Below, in pieces: positions 15,215 to 25,600 of a stretch of DNA of 46,204 nt. Made by a program: the position numbers and the translations under genes. The notes under the pieces are model-generated. The model ran no database searches. It saw only the letters and a program-made list of their open reading frames with translations, and was not told the DNA's origin. Origin of the DNA: a virus. Taxonomy: Duplodnaviria; Caudoviricetes. Where the stretch lies: IMG/VR virus record IMGVR_UViG_3300037692_000185, positions 1-46,204 of that record; one strand, given 5' to 3'. Numbering within the stretch: the stretch's first letter is position 1; each line of letters opens with the position of its first letter.

Positions 15215-18187
15215 GTGGCCGACGCCGTTGAACTCCTGATTCGTGCGAAGACGCTGACCGCGGAAGCCTCGAAAGCGGCGGCGGCCGACATCCAGAAGTT
15301 GGGCGCCAGCTCGGCGGAAGTGAATGTCCGTCTGCGCGCGGTGAAGGATGCCGGTGTCGCGGCCGATCGGGCGTTGTCGGAGGCGTTCGGTGAGCCACAG
15401 CGCCGCCGGGCCGAGGCCGTCGCGGCGGCGATTCAGTCGGTCGGTGGCGTCACCCGGCTGACCGATGGCGAAGCGAAGCGGCACCTCAGTACGCTGGACG
15501 CCTGGGTCCAGAAATCGCAGCACCTCGGGACAGAGGTGTCAGCGGACATGCTGAAGACACGTAACGCCCTCGCGTCCGTGGCGCAGCCGACGTCGCGCGC
15601 GGCCGGCCTGTTTGGCGATCTCGGCACGCAAGTCAAAGCGACCGCCCTCGGATTCCTGTCCGCGCAGGCCATTGTCGCCAGCGTGCGCGCGGGTATGCGC
15701 GCGCTGACGGAGTTCGTCAGTGGCTCGGTAGAAGCCTACGCGCAGCAAGAGGCCGCGACGAAAAAGCTCGTCGCGGCTCTGACCGCGCAGGGCACCGCGA
15801 CCCCCGCCCTTATCTCGCAGTACCAAGCGCTCGCGAGCCAGTTTCAAAAGACGACGGTCTACGGCGACGAGTTGCTCATGGAGATGCAATCGTTGCTCGC
15901 GGAGATCGGGAATGTCGCGCCACGGAATATGGGCAAGGCCCTCACGGCGGCCACAGACCTCGCCTCGGGGTTAGGGATCGATCTGAAGACGGCCACGATG
16001 TTGGTGGGGAAAGCGTTCGCCGGCGAGACGGGCACACTGAAGCGATACGGCATCGTGATCGACGAGGCGAAGCTGAAAGCTGAGGGGATGCCCGCGGTGC
16101 TCGATGCGATCCAGTCACGCTTCGGTGGGCAGGCGGCGGCGGACATTGACACCTATGCGGGTAAGGTCAAGCAACTCGCCAACGCGTGGGGCGATGTCAA
16201 AGAGGCCGTCGGTAAAGCGATCGTGGAGGATGAACTCCTCAAGCAGGCACTGCGTGCGATCGCTGGACAGATGGACGACCTGAACGCGGCGGCGGCGCAA
16301 AGCCAACCGACCATCACGGAGTGGTGGGCGCGTCTGTCTGGTGGACCGCATGTCGCGCTAGCGATCCGCTATATACAGATCGTCCAGCGGGCCATCTCCG
16401 AGACGAACGCGGGCGTTCGCGACCTGCGGTCGAAGGTCGCGACGCCTGTGGGCTTCGAGGGTAGTGCGGGTCCGCAAGCCCGAGATGAGTCGGCGATCAT
16501 CGAACGGGAGCTGGCGCACTTTGACGCGCGAATCAAACGACTGAAAGAAACCAAGGCTGAAGCCGAGCGCGCGGCTGAAGCCATCGACAAGTACGTGCGG
16601 GCGTTGGCGAAAGGGGAGGGTCTCCCCGGTATTGGGCTGGGTCTGTCTGGCGCGATCGGCATGAAGTTCGATGTTCCTGACATCGCCAAACAATTAGAGG
16701 TGATGTCGCAGGGGATGAAGGCCGGCGGCGCGTTGCGCTCGCTCCCCGGCATCGAGATCCCGATCACGTTGCCGAAGAACATCAACGAGCAGATCGCGCG
16801 CCAGCTCACTCAAGCGGAGTTCGGGCAGAAGCTCGCCGGGTCGGTGATGGCGGCAATCCAGGGCGGCGGGAATGTCCTCGATGCCGCCGGCGGGACGATC
16901 GGCACGTCGGTCATGAGCGGCCTGGCGAAGCGCCTGACGACCGTCAAGGACGGCGCTAAGGCCGCCCTGAGTGGCTGGCTGGGCGGCGCCGCGAGTGCGG
17001 TCCTGCCGATGGTGGGCTCGCTCCTGGGGCCGCTGGCAGGCGCGGTCAGCGAGAAGCTGATCGGGATGTTCGATCGGAACAAGGGCCGGGACGCGGTGAA
17101 AGAGTTCGCCGAGTCGATGGGTGGGTTCGAGTCGCTGCACGCGCGCCTCGGCACGCTCGGTCCGGTGGTCGGCGAGAAGCTGTGGAAGGGTCTCACGCAT
17201 GGCGTCGGCCGAAACAATCCGCAACAGGCGAAGTCCGCGATCGACGCCATTACCGCGGCGCTCGGCCAGGCGGACGCGAAGAACGCGGCGTTCAACGCGA
17301 CGCTCGGCGGGATGCTCGGCAAGATCCAATCGCTGGGTGGCGGCTTGTCGGAGTCGCTGCGCGGGTATCTCGACAGTCTGCGCCAGGGGAAGGGGCTGAC
17401 GCAGGAGAATCTCGACCTCCTGGCCAGCCTGAGTAGCGGCGGCGTCGCCAACTGGCAGCAGATCGAAGAGGCGGTCGGGCGCTACGGTGGCGAGATCAGC
17501 AAGCTCGGTGGCACGTTCCAGGAGGCGCGGCTCCACGACAGCTGGCAGCAAATCATCGACGACATGGACCTCTTCCAGCGGGGAGGGGTCAGCGCCGGTG
17601 ATGCACTCGACCTGACGAAGGCGAAGGTCCAGGAGCTCGTCCAGCAGTCGATGGCGTTCGGCACGGAGATTCCGGAGAACGTCAAGGGCTGGATCCAGAC
17701 GCTGATCACGTCCGGGCAGCTGCTTGACGCGAACGGTCAGAAGATCTCCGACATCAATTCGCTCAAGTTCGGGGAGTCCCTGCAGACCACGATCGCGTCC
17801 CTGACCGCCGCGATCCGCGAGCTGGTCGCGCAGTTCAATGCGGTGCCCGCCGCGATTGGGCGTATTCCCTCGACGATCGACATCGACGTACGGGCGCGAA
17901 AGTCCGGCGACGGCTGGGACGAGCCCCAGACCGGCGACATCCAGAGTCACGCGGATGGCGCCTTCGTCCGGCGCGACCACGTCGCGCGCATCCACGAGGG
18001 GGAGTTTGTCGGGTCTCCAGACTTTATGGCGGGTGTGATGGCCGATGCGATGGCCGCACGCGGCGGTGGGGGCCGCGGGGGCGGGGAGATGACGGTGCGG
18101 ATCCCCGTGATCCTCGACGGCCGGCAAGTGACAGAGGTCGTCGCGCGGCGCCTGGGCGCGTTCGTCAACAGCTACGGAGTCTCCTGA
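15215..18187 (+). CDS. Tape measure protein
   Basis: 990 aa, Ala/Gly-rich and helical; LKRYGIVID and LANAWGDVKEAVG motifs; follows the chaperone genes. Confidence 0.92.
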   Translation: MADAVELLIRAKTLTAEASKAAAADIQKLGASSAEVNVRLRAVKDAGVAADRALSEAFGEPQRRRAEAVAAAIQSVGGVTRLTDGEAKRHLSTLDAWVQKSQHLGTEVSADMLKTRNALASVAQPTSRAAGLFGDLGTQVKATALGFLSAQAIVASVRAGMRALTEFVSGSVEAYAQQEAATKKLVAALTAQGTATPALISQYQALASQFQKTTVYGDELLMEMQSLLAEIGNVAPRNMGKALTAATDLASGLGIDLKTATMLVGKAFAGETGTLKRYGIVIDEAKLKAEGMPAVLDAIQSRFGGQAAADIDTYAGKVKQLANAWGDVKEAVGKAIVEDELLKQALRAIAGQMDDLNAAAAQSQPTITEWWARLSGGPHVALAIRYIQIVQRAISETNAGVRDLRSKVATPVGFEGSAGPQARDESAIIERELAHFDARIKRLKETKAEAERAAEAIDKYVRALAKGEGLPGIGLGLSGAIGMKFDVPDIAKQLEVMSQGMKAGGALRSLPGIEIPITLPKNINEQIARQLTQAEFGQKLAGSVMAAIQGGGNVLDAAGGTIGTSVMSGLAKRLTTVKDGAKAALSGWLGGAASAVLPMVGSLLGPLAGAVSEKLIGMFDRNKGRDAVKEFAESMGGFESLHARLGTLGPVVGEKLWKGLTHGVGRNNPQQAKSAIDAITAALGQADAKNAAFNATLGGMLGKIQSLGGGLSESLRGYLDSLRQGKGLTQENLDLLASLSSGGVANWQQIEEAVGRYGGEISKLGGTFQEARLHDSWQQIIDDMDLFQRGGVSAGDALDLTKAKVQELVQQSMAFGTEIPENVKGWIQTLITSGQLLDANGQKISDINSLKFGESLQTTIASLTAAIRELVAQFNAVPAAIGRIPSTIDIDVRARKSGDGWDEPQTGDIQSHADGAFVRRDHVARIHEGEFVGSPDFMAGVMADAMAARGGGGRGGGEMTVRIPVILDGRQVTEVVARRLGAFVNSYGVS

Positions 18188-21100
18188 TGGCGCTGACGCT
18201 CTACATCGACAGCGTCGACCGTACGCCGCAGTGGTTCCTGCCGGGGCTGCAGGGCGGGCAGATGCGGTTCTCCCGCGTCTCGGGTGGTCGTGGGCCGGCG
18301 ACGTTCCGCCTCTTCGACCCCGACGGCGAGACCGGCTACCGTCCGTCGATCGGGGAGCTGGTGGAGCTGTATGACGACGCGACGCTCGTCATGGCCGGGG
18401 AGATCCTCGACGTCGACGAAGGGCCGCTGAGCGACGAGCTCGACACCGGCGTCGTCACCACGATCACGGTCGCGGATCAGCAGCGCATCCCGGAGCAGGC
18501 GCTCTACAGCGTCACGTACGAGGCGAACACCGTCACGCTGGCGCAAGTCCTGACCGACCTCGTGGACGACTGCCTGGCGGACCACGGCGTGACGCTGGAT
18601 GCGGGCCAGGCGACCGGTCCGACGATTCCGTTCAGGATCGAGTACGTCAACGCGTACGCCGTCCAGTTGCTGAACGACCTGCAGACGGCGCTTGGATGGA
18701 TCTGGCGCCTGCCGCCGACTCTCGCGCTGGTGATGGTCGAGGCCGCGACCGCGTCGTCCGGGATCACACTGGACGAGGACGCCGACATTGAGGCGCCGGT
18801 CCGGTATGCGCAGCGGCGATCGACCGAGTACGCGACCCGGGTCATTCTCGATTTCGGGGAGGGGAACCGCGACGTCGAGGACGTGCTCGAGGGCGACGGC
18901 GTCACGACCGTCTTCGACCTGCACTACCGGTCGGCGACCACGAGCGGGTACGGGCACGTCTATCTCGACGATGTCCTCGAGTTGATGGGCGTCTACGGCG
19001 TCGACGACAGCAACCCGAGTGTGCCGTGGCTGCTCGACCAGGCCAACGGCCAGGTGCGCCGCAACACCGGGCAGGGCTACACCGCGCCGGCGGACGAAGC
19101 GGAGATCCGAGTACCGTTACCCGCCGTCTTCCCCGCCCAGGTGCAGTGGGAGGACGCGGCCGCGATCGCCGCGAATGGCGGCGTGGCGATCGAGAAGCGC
19201 ATTTCGCGCACGGACGTCTTCGACTGGGAGCTCGCGCAGGCGCTCGTCGACGGGATCGGTCCGAGCTACAGCGCGACGCCCAAGACCGTGACGGTCCGCC
19301 ACCGTGAGGGGCTGGCCTGGCCCGGCCAGACCGTCGTCCTCGACATTCCCTGGCGCGCGCTCTCCGGCACGTTCATGATCCTCTCGGTCGAGGCGGAAGA
19401 CGACGTCGATGGCGAGCTCGTCTACGTCTTCGAGTGTCTCGAGGGCGATGCGCTGCAGCGGGTGTGGCTGGACTACTTCCGCGGCGTGAGCGGGGCCTCG
19501 TCTGGGAGCGGGGCGCTCACGGGCGGGGTCTCGATCGTCGAGGTGGACGGCGTGCAGGGGTCCGGCACGGTGGGGAACGTGGCGGTGTGGGTGGCGTCTG
19601 GGCAGCTCGGCGCCGGGCCGTTGGCCTCGACGGTGGTGCTGACGTCGGGCTCCTATGCGGACCCGTCGTGGCTGACGTCGCTCTCGGCGAGCAAGCTCAC
19701 GACTGGGACGATTCCTGCCGCCGCAATCGCGGGCCGGAGTCTCGGCGACCTCGGCACACGGAGCGCGGGCGATTTGTCGAGCGGCAATCTCGCGCACGCC
19801 CGGATGCCCACGGGGGCGGGGACATGGAGCGTCACGCCGACGATCAGCGGGGCCGTCACGATTGCGCCGGCGACGGATGTCAGTGCGCTGCTCGTGACAC
19901 CCACGGCCGCGGCGTATACCGGTAATGCCATCTACGTCAATACGACGCGGGCTGCGAGTAGCGCGTTTTCGTTGCTCACGCTGTTGGCGGATGGCGTCCC
20001 GCAGTTCACGGTTGATGGCGCTGGGATCACGACGATCGCGGGTCAGGTCAACATCGCCACGCACCTGCGGCCAACGGTCAACTGGACCTCGGATGTCGGC
20101 TCGCAGACCCTGAAACTGCGGAAGCTCTACGCAGCGGAACTGGAAGTCGATACGTTGGTGGCGCAGGACGTCATCGCGACCATCGGCGGTGAAGTGCTGA
20201 CGATTCCCACGTCCACGCTGTCGGCGGCCATTGACGCGAGCACGACGGCGATCACGGTCGAACACAACGACTTCGCCGTGGACGATCAGTTATGGCTGGA
20301 GGCGCGTGGGCAGTTCGAGATGTTGCTGATCACGGCGGGGCCGACCGGGACCGGCCCGTACGGCTACACGGTCACGCGCAATCGCGACGGCAGCGGGGGG
20401 AACAGTTGGATCGCTGGCGATGCGGTGGTGAGCACGGGCACGACGGGTGACGGCTACATCCACCAGTACGCGCGCAGCGGCCGGTTCGCTGGGACGGGGC
20501 CGACCATCGTCGGGCAGGTGCGAACAGGAACGGCGTACAACGACATCGCGGCGCGGTGGGCGATTGGAAACTTGAACGGCGTGGGGTACGACGGCATTGT
20601 CACGAACGTCTACGGCGCCGCGTTTGGTGTTCCGACTGGTACGCACACCATCGTCACGGATGCTGGTGGCTTCCAGATTCTGCATAACACGACGGTGAAA
20701 TTCCAGGCGGATCCGGATGGCGACCTCTTCCTCGCGGGGTCGCTGACGGCGCAAGGGTCGGGCTCGTTTCTCGCGGGCGACCTCACGATTGATGAGGATG
20801 GGATTCGCCTACCATCTGCGTCGTCGGCTACGTTCAACGCGGTTCGCACGTACGGGTTCACTACATCTAGCGGATCCGATACCGGACTCCGTTGCTATGA
20901 AAGCGGCAGCGATGAAGTCGTAATGGTCTGCTCGTTGGAGAGCGGAACGACGGCTGATTTAAGACGAGCGGGTATTGAAGCGTTTCAAGTGAACTCAGTT
21001 GGGGTCACCGTGACAGCGTTCGGGTCTGGACAGTCGCACCAGACAGCAGTCGTTGCGTCTGCGATCCAAGGCACGGTTACGTTAACGTCATCGCAAGGAT

Positions 21101-21945
21101 TAGGGACGGAAGTATCTAGCCTACTGATTGACGGCGACGAGATCGTACTGCAGTTGGACGCATCTAGCGGCCTATTCACGGTCGAAGGCGACACCGACAT
21201 TGAAGGCGACGCGGACATCGAAGGTCTGCTGTCAGTGACCGGACTCGGCGCGCACACATTCAGTGCAAGTGGTGCCGGTGAAAACAGCCTCGTCGTCAGG
21301 AACACCAACACGGCCGACGCCTCTGGCGTGGTCGTCGGCGCCGATGCGGATTCTGCGACAGGGTATGCGGAGTTGCAGTCCATCGCAGGCACTACGGTAG
21401 CGCAGCTCATTGCCTACGGCCAATCGCACGCCACGGTGGCGGGAGTGTCACGACTTCAGGCCGGCGGCGCCGGAGGGTTGCAAATACGCGCCTACCACGC
21501 ATCCGGGCCGATCAAGCTGTACGCGAACGGCACGACCGAAGTCGCCCGGCTGACGAGCACGGGCCTGTACATCGGCGGAGCGGCAAACGCAGCCTATCAA
21601 ATCGAACTGCAAGCGGACAGCGCGGGCAAGCCCAGCACGTCAACGTGGACCATCACGTCAGACGCGCGCACGAAGAAGAACATCCGCGACTACGACCACG
21701 GCCTCGATCTGCTCCGGCAGATCCGGCTGAAGGAATACGAGCACAACGGCCTCGGCGGAACCGTGGACGGAGCCCGCGGCGTGGGCGTGCTGGCGCAAGA
21801 CGTCGAAGCGATCCTGCCGACCAGCGTCGGGCGCCGGCAGGATGACGACGACACGATGACGTTCAACGCGCACGAACTATTCATGCTCACGGTCAACGCG
21901 GCCAAGGAACTCGACGCGCGGGTGACGACACTAGAAGGGCGATAG
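18187..21945 (+). CDS. Fused tail tip/hub and tail fibre protein with C-terminal peptidase S74 intramolecular chaperone
   Basis: 1252 aa. Acidic N-terminal hub-like part, Gly/Thr/Ser-rich fibre, C-terminal SDARTKKNI...GVLAQDVEAILP...AAKELDARV. Confidence 0.88.
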   Translation: MALTLYIDSVDRTPQWFLPGLQGGQMRFSRVSGGRGPATFRLFDPDGETGYRPSIGELVELYDDATLVMAGEILDVDEGPLSDELDTGVVTTITVADQQRIPEQALYSVTYEANTVTLAQVLTDLVDDCLADHGVTLDAGQATGPTIPFRIEYVNAYAVQLLNDLQTALGWIWRLPPTLALVMVEAATASSGITLDEDADIEAPVRYAQRRSTEYATRVILDFGEGNRDVEDVLEGDGVTTVFDLHYRSATTSGYGHVYLDDVLELMGVYGVDDSNPSVPWLLDQANGQVRRNTGQGYTAPADEAEIRVPLPAVFPAQVQWEDAAAIAANGGVAIEKRISRTDVFDWELAQALVDGIGPSYSATPKTVTVRHREGLAWPGQTVVLDIPWRALSGTFMILSVEAEDDVDGELVYVFECLEGDALQRVWLDYFRGVSGASSGSGALTGGVSIVEVDGVQGSGTVGNVAVWVASGQLGAGPLASTVVLTSGSYADPSWLTSLSASKLTTGTIPAAAIAGRSLGDLGTRSAGDLSSGNLAHARMPTGAGTWSVTPTISGAVTIAPATDVSALLVTPTAAAYTGNAIYVNTTRAASSAFSLLTLLADGVPQFTVDGAGITTIAGQVNIATHLRPTVNWTSDVGSQTLKLRKLYAAELEVDTLVAQDVIATIGGEVLTIPTSTLSAAIDASTTAITVEHNDFAVDDQLWLEARGQFEMLLITAGPTGTGPYGYTVTRNRDGSGGNSWIAGDAVVSTGTTGDGYIHQYARSGRFAGTGPTIVGQVRTGTAYNDIAARWAIGNLNGVGYDGIVTNVYGAAFGVPTGTHTIVTDAGGFQILHNTTVKFQADPDGDLFLAGSLTAQGSGSFLAGDLTIDEDGIRLPSASSATFNAVRTYGFTTSSGSDTGLRCYESGSDEVVMVCSLESGTTADLRRAGIEAFQVNSVGVTVTAFGSGQSHQTAVVASAIQGTVTLTSSQGLGTEVSSLLIDGDEIVLQLDASSGLFTVEGDTDIEGDADIEGLLSVTGLGAHTFSASGAGENSLVVRNTNTADASGVVVGADADSATGYAELQSIAGTTVAQLIAYGQSHATVAGVSRLQAGGAGGLQIRAYHASGPIKLYANGTTEVARLTSTGLYIGGAANAAYQIELQADSAGKPSTSTWTITSDARTKKNIRDYDHGLDLLRQIRLKEYEHNGLGGTVDGARGVGVLAQDVEAILPTSVGRRQDDDDTMTFNAHELFMLTVNAAKELDARVTTLEGR

Positions 21946-21950
21946 ATAAG

Positions 21951-22382
21951 ATGGCAAAGAAGCCGGTCGAGGCAGTACCAACCGAGATCGTCACCACGAT
22001 GCGTGGACTTGTCGATGCTGAAGCGGCGCTCCGGCGCGTGGCCGACTTGCCGGAGTTGTCACCACGCGCGATCTATCACGTTGCCAAGATGGTGCGATTG
22101 GTCGGCCAGGAGACGCGGCACTTCTACGAGCGGCGCAACGCGCTGATCAAGCAGTACGGGATCGAGCGTGACTCCCGCACGCCTGACGAACGGCGGCAAG
22201 GCCCGAAGGTCACAGAGGTGGCGCCGGGCGCGATGAAGGAATTCGCCTCGCGGATCGAGGAAGAGTTGGACGTGCCGGTGACGGTACCGTGGTCGCCGGT
22301 GCGGTCGGTGGATGTGCCTGGTGCGCGCGCGCGCGACTTGGCCGACATGGGTCCACTGTGCGATCTGGTGGAGCCGACGTAG
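21951..22382 (+). CDS. Hypothetical phage protein following the tail fibre
   Basis: 143-aa ORF with RRNALIKQYG; tight spacing to the fibre gene. Confidence 0.65.
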   Translation: MAKKPVEAVPTEIVTTMRGLVDAEAALRRVADLPELSPRAIYHVAKMVRLVGQETRHFYERRNALIKQYGIERDSRTPDERRQGPKVTEVAPGAMKEFASRIEEELDVPVTVPWSPVRSVDVPGARARDLADMGPLCDLVEPT

Positions 22383-22550
22383 AGGACGGAGGGGCGACGC
22401 CGCGACTGCTAGGACAGTCACGGGATTTATCGCCCCACGCAGCGTGAAGTAGGCACGCCGGAGATGGAACGTCGCCCGAAGCACTATCGGCGCGTCCCGG
22501 TCTGGCCTGTAGGTTCTGAGATGACTGCACGGCAACGGGAGCGGAGACTG

Positions 22551-22871
22551 ATGGCAGCACGGCGACAGCAGGATGCGAGCACGCTCACGTTCCCGATTCA
22601 GATGGTGGTGCTCATCACCACGACCGTGCTGACCGTCGCTGGGGCCGTCTACGGATCGCAGGCTGGGATCCGCTCTGATTTGCGGGACATCCGCACGCGC
22701 ATGGACATTGCGGCGGAGGCGAACAAGGAACTGCGCGACGCCGAAGGTCGGACGGTGGCGGCCCGGGAGGCCGAAGCGCGGTCGAGGGTCGATGCGGTAG
22801 ACAAGCGGCTGAAGCTGCTGGAATTGCAGTTCCAACAGCTTCAGGCGGACGTCATCAAACTGCAACGCTAG
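22551..22871 (+). CDS. Membrane protein with coiled coil (lysis module)
   Basis: One hydrophobic segment followed by heptad repeats; start uncertain. Confidence 0.6.
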   Translation: MAARRQQDASTLTFPIQMVVLITTTVLTVAGAVYGSQAGIRSDLRDIRTRMDIAAEANKELRDAEGRTVAAREAEARSRVDAVDKRLKLLELQFQQLQADVIKLQR

Positions 22872-22882
22872 GAGGAACGCAC

Positions 22883-23113
22883 ATGGGCGATCCGGTTCTG
22901 TTGAATTGCGCGCTTGAGGTGTGCTGCAGCCCTGCCCAGGCCGCGGAACGTCTGGCGGAATTGTTCCGGTCAGACGCCGGGCTGGATGCGGTGTCCGCGA
23001 AGCTGGCCGCAGCGTGCGTGCAGAAGCACTTCGATCTGGCGGAGCGCGGCACGTTGGAGCCGCTGAAACGGTCGATCGCTGCGCTCGCCCGCGGTACGGC
23101 AGCAGGGGTGTGA
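22883..23113 (+). CDS. Hypothetical protein
   Basis: 76 aa with a GGAGGA SD. Confidence 0.65.
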   Translation: MGDPVLLNCALEVCCSPAQAAERLAELFRSDAGLDAVSAKLAAACVQKHFDLAERGTLEPLKRSIAALARGTAAGV

Positions 23114-23406
23114 TGGACGACACGTTGATCCGGTCCTTGCTCAGTCTCGGAATTGGCGGGGTGTTGTCCGCCGTCATGCTTCTGCTCCTGCTGCGCATGA
23201 TCGATCAACGGGTGAAGGACGCCAAAGCGGAAGCCGGACGCTGGGAGCAGCAGACGAAGCTGCTGGTGGAGATCGTCGGTCGGAATGCTGAGGTCATGGC
23301 TGACGTGCAGGCAGCGGTGTCTGACATGGCGGTCACGAATCGCGAAGTGCGATCGGCGGTCGAGTCCTTGGGCCGTGATCTCGCCGGACTCCGGAGGCTC
23401 ACGTGA
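23113..23406 (+). CDS. Putative holin (single TM plus coiled coil, BhlA-like architecture)
   Basis: LLSLGIGGVLSAVMLLLLL TM segment; upstream of the endolysin; TGATG coupling. Confidence 0.55.
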   Translation: MDDTLIRSLLSLGIGGVLSAVMLLLLLRMIDQRVKDAKAEAGRWEQQTKLLVEIVGRNAEVMADVQAAVSDMAVTNREVRSAVESLGRDLAGLRRLT

Positions 23407-23693
23407 TCCCTGAGGCGAATCTCGCGCCGTGGGTACTGTGGTTCTCGCGGCTCATGGGACTGGTCTGGGCGTTGGCGATGTCGGTGCTGATCCTGCGCAT
23501 CTCTGGGGATCTGCGGATGCTCGGACAGAGTCTTCGCGTCGTGCGCCTCGAGACGGATTACACGGTGCGGCTGCTCACTGTGTGGGTCGCGACATGGGGT
23601 CAGCCTGCGGACGATGTACGCCGTCAGCTGGCGCTGGTGCGGCAAGCCTCAGTGACTGTGCACCCAGGGAGACGCCACGATGACGATACGTGA
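23403..23693 (+). CDS. Small membrane protein (lysis module)
   Basis: N-terminal hydrophobic segment; GTGA overlap with the upstream stop. Confidence 0.55.
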   Translation: MIPEANLAPWVLWFSRLMGLVWALAMSVLILRISGDLRMLGQSLRVVRLETDYTVRLLTVWVATWGQPADDVRRQLALVRQASVTVHPGRRHDDDT

Positions 23694-24195
23694 GAAGCGA
23701 TCGCTCATGGCCGCTGCGACGTTCGACACGATGTTTGATCGACTGATCGGACACGAGGGCGGATACTCGAACGATCCAAACGATCCTGGTGGCGAGACGA
23801 ACTGGGGGATCAGCAAGCGTAGCTATATGCACCTAAACATCAAGACGCTGACGCGGGAGCAGGCGAGGCAGATCTATCTCAAAGACTTCTGGCGGCGCAT
23901 CCACGCGGACACATTGCCTGATGGTGTGGCGTGGCAGGTGTTCGACTTTGCGGTCAACTCCGGCATCGAGACCGCCGTCCGGTACCTGCAGCGTGCATAC
24001 GTCGTGGCCGATGACGGGTATTGGGGGCCAGTGAGTCAGCAGGCGGCTGACGCGACAAGCGAGACAGACGCCATCATGCGGCTGATTGGCGAACGGTTGG
24101 ACTTCAACACGCGCCTCAAGAACTGGCCCCACGCAGGGAAGGGCTGGGCGCGGCGCGCGGCGCAGAACCTGCGGTACGGTGCGGAGGATTCCTAG
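23680..24195 (+). CDS. Endolysin, glycoside hydrolase family 108 with peptidoglycan-binding domain
   Basis: HEGGYSNDPNDPGGETNWGI, VFDFAVNSG, DDGYWGP, GKGWARR. Start may be 23707. Confidence 0.93.
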   Translation: MTIREKRSLMAAATFDTMFDRLIGHEGGYSNDPNDPGGETNWGISKRSYMHLNIKTLTREQARQIYLKDFWRRIHADTLPDGVAWQVFDFAVNSGIETAVRYLQRAYVVADDGYWGPVSQQAADATSETDAIMRLIGERLDFNTRLKNWPHAGKGWARRAAQNLRYGAEDS

Positions 24196-25587
24196 ATGGT
24201 CCCGCGCAACTTCCCCTACGGTGTCATGCCGTCGATCGCATCAGGGCGGATCGCCTTCGGCGTCGTCGGCGACGCGATGTACGTCTACGACTGGGCCGGG
24301 CCGGATCCGATTTACCGCGATGTGTACGCGCCGACCAGGGGCGATCCCGACCTCAGCCCGGACGGGCAACTCGTCGGCTACTTCGACGCGCGTGACCAGG
24401 GGCACGTCAGGGGGCTGGAGAAGCAGCGCACCATCGCACTGCTTGGCACGGTCCGCGGGCTGCACGCGATCCGGATGCGCGACGATGCCGTGGTCTACAC
24501 GCGCCAGCACGAGGCCGTCGTCGAGCGCCGGCTGAGTAACGGGGTCGAGCGGATCCTCGGGCCCTACTCCCCGACAGGGATCGCGTATCTAACCCCTGGC
24601 AGCTATGTGAGCAGCGAGGCCAATCTGGCGCCACCGCTGCTCAATCCGTCTCGGGCTGGCGTGTTCGCGGCGGGCTCGATCGCCCCGGATGCACTCGGCG
24701 TCGTGCTCGACGGCTCGCCGCTACTGACCGTCGGCCGCGGCATCAACTGGCAGGACTGCCGCGTGCTCGAGACCGGGCCAGGCGAGTGGGCCCTGGCCAC
24801 GTGGTCGGACGTCCTCCACGTGTGCCGGCTCGTCACCGGGATCCGGACACTGGCCGACATCGCTGCCGCGTTCCCAGAGACGAGCACGAAACCCGCGCCA
24901 ACGCCTGACCCTGAGCCACAACCGGAGCCTGACCCCATGCCGACACCCTACATCCCTATCCAGTCGCACCTGGACGTCGTCGACGCCATCTGGCGACTGG
25001 CCACGCCGGGGCAGCGAGCCGCCCATGGGTTAGTCGCGAATGCCGTCGCCTGGGAGTTGGACCGCGTTCGCGCCGACGGCCGCAGGTGGTACCGCAACCT
25101 GAAGCGCGGTGGACCCTACATCAGCGAGGACGCGATCAGCACCCCGCACCCGCAGGGTGCAGGGGGCTGGGCGATCATCGATGTCGTCAGCGCTTTCGGG
25201 CGCGACGACGCGGCACCGGCGTGGATCGACGTGACGCAGCAGACGATCGACCTCGGAGAGATCGGTGGTGGGCTCCCGCCCGTCGACCCGGGGATCGAGA
25301 CGCCGGCGCCTCCAGCGCCGAGCCCTCCCGCGCCTGTCCCGTCACCAGCGCCGTGCCCATTGCCTCATACGCAGCCGGAGGAGTACTTTCCGCGGTACAA
25401 GGAAGTGCTGCATCAGGCGATGGATAGCTGGCGGGCGATTCGCGACGAGATGATGCCGCCCGACTTGCTGATGCATCTAGCCTGGCGGCTGCAGCGCGAC
25501 CACCGAGGGCCGCACAACAGCGCCGAAGCGGCGGCGCTCGCAGAGACAGAACTCAGGGCCAATGGAGAGTGGCATGAGAACTGGTGA
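24196..25587 (+). CDS. Multidomain hypothetical protein with two Pro-rich linkers
   Basis: 463-aa ORF; beta-rich N-terminal part (LSPDG), PAPTPDPEPQPEP and PAPPAPSPPAP linkers. Confidence 0.7.
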   Translation: MVPRNFPYGVMPSIASGRIAFGVVGDAMYVYDWAGPDPIYRDVYAPTRGDPDLSPDGQLVGYFDARDQGHVRGLEKQRTIALLGTVRGLHAIRMRDDAVVYTRQHEAVVERRLSNGVERILGPYSPTGIAYLTPGSYVSSEANLAPPLLNPSRAGVFAAGSIAPDALGVVLDGSPLLTVGRGINWQDCRVLETGPGEWALATWSDVLHVCRLVTGIRTLADIAAAFPETSTKPAPTPDPEPQPEPDPMPTPYIPIQSHLDVVDAIWRLATPGQRAAHGLVANAVAWELDRVRADGRRWYRNLKRGGPYISEDAISTPHPQGAGGWAIIDVVSAFGRDDAAPAWIDVTQQTIDLGEIGGGLPPVDPGIETPAPPAPSPPAPVPSPAPCPLPHTQPEEYFPRYKEVLHQAMDSWRAIRDEMMPPDLLMHLAWRLQRDHRGPHNSAEAAALAETELRANGEWHENW

Positions 25588-25600
25588 TGCAGAGAGTCTA

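Noticed and set aside
18187-21945. Diversity-generating retroelement or invertible tail-fibre cassette
   Set aside because: No reverse transcriptase, no template/variable repeat pair and no inverted alternative fibre ends were seen.
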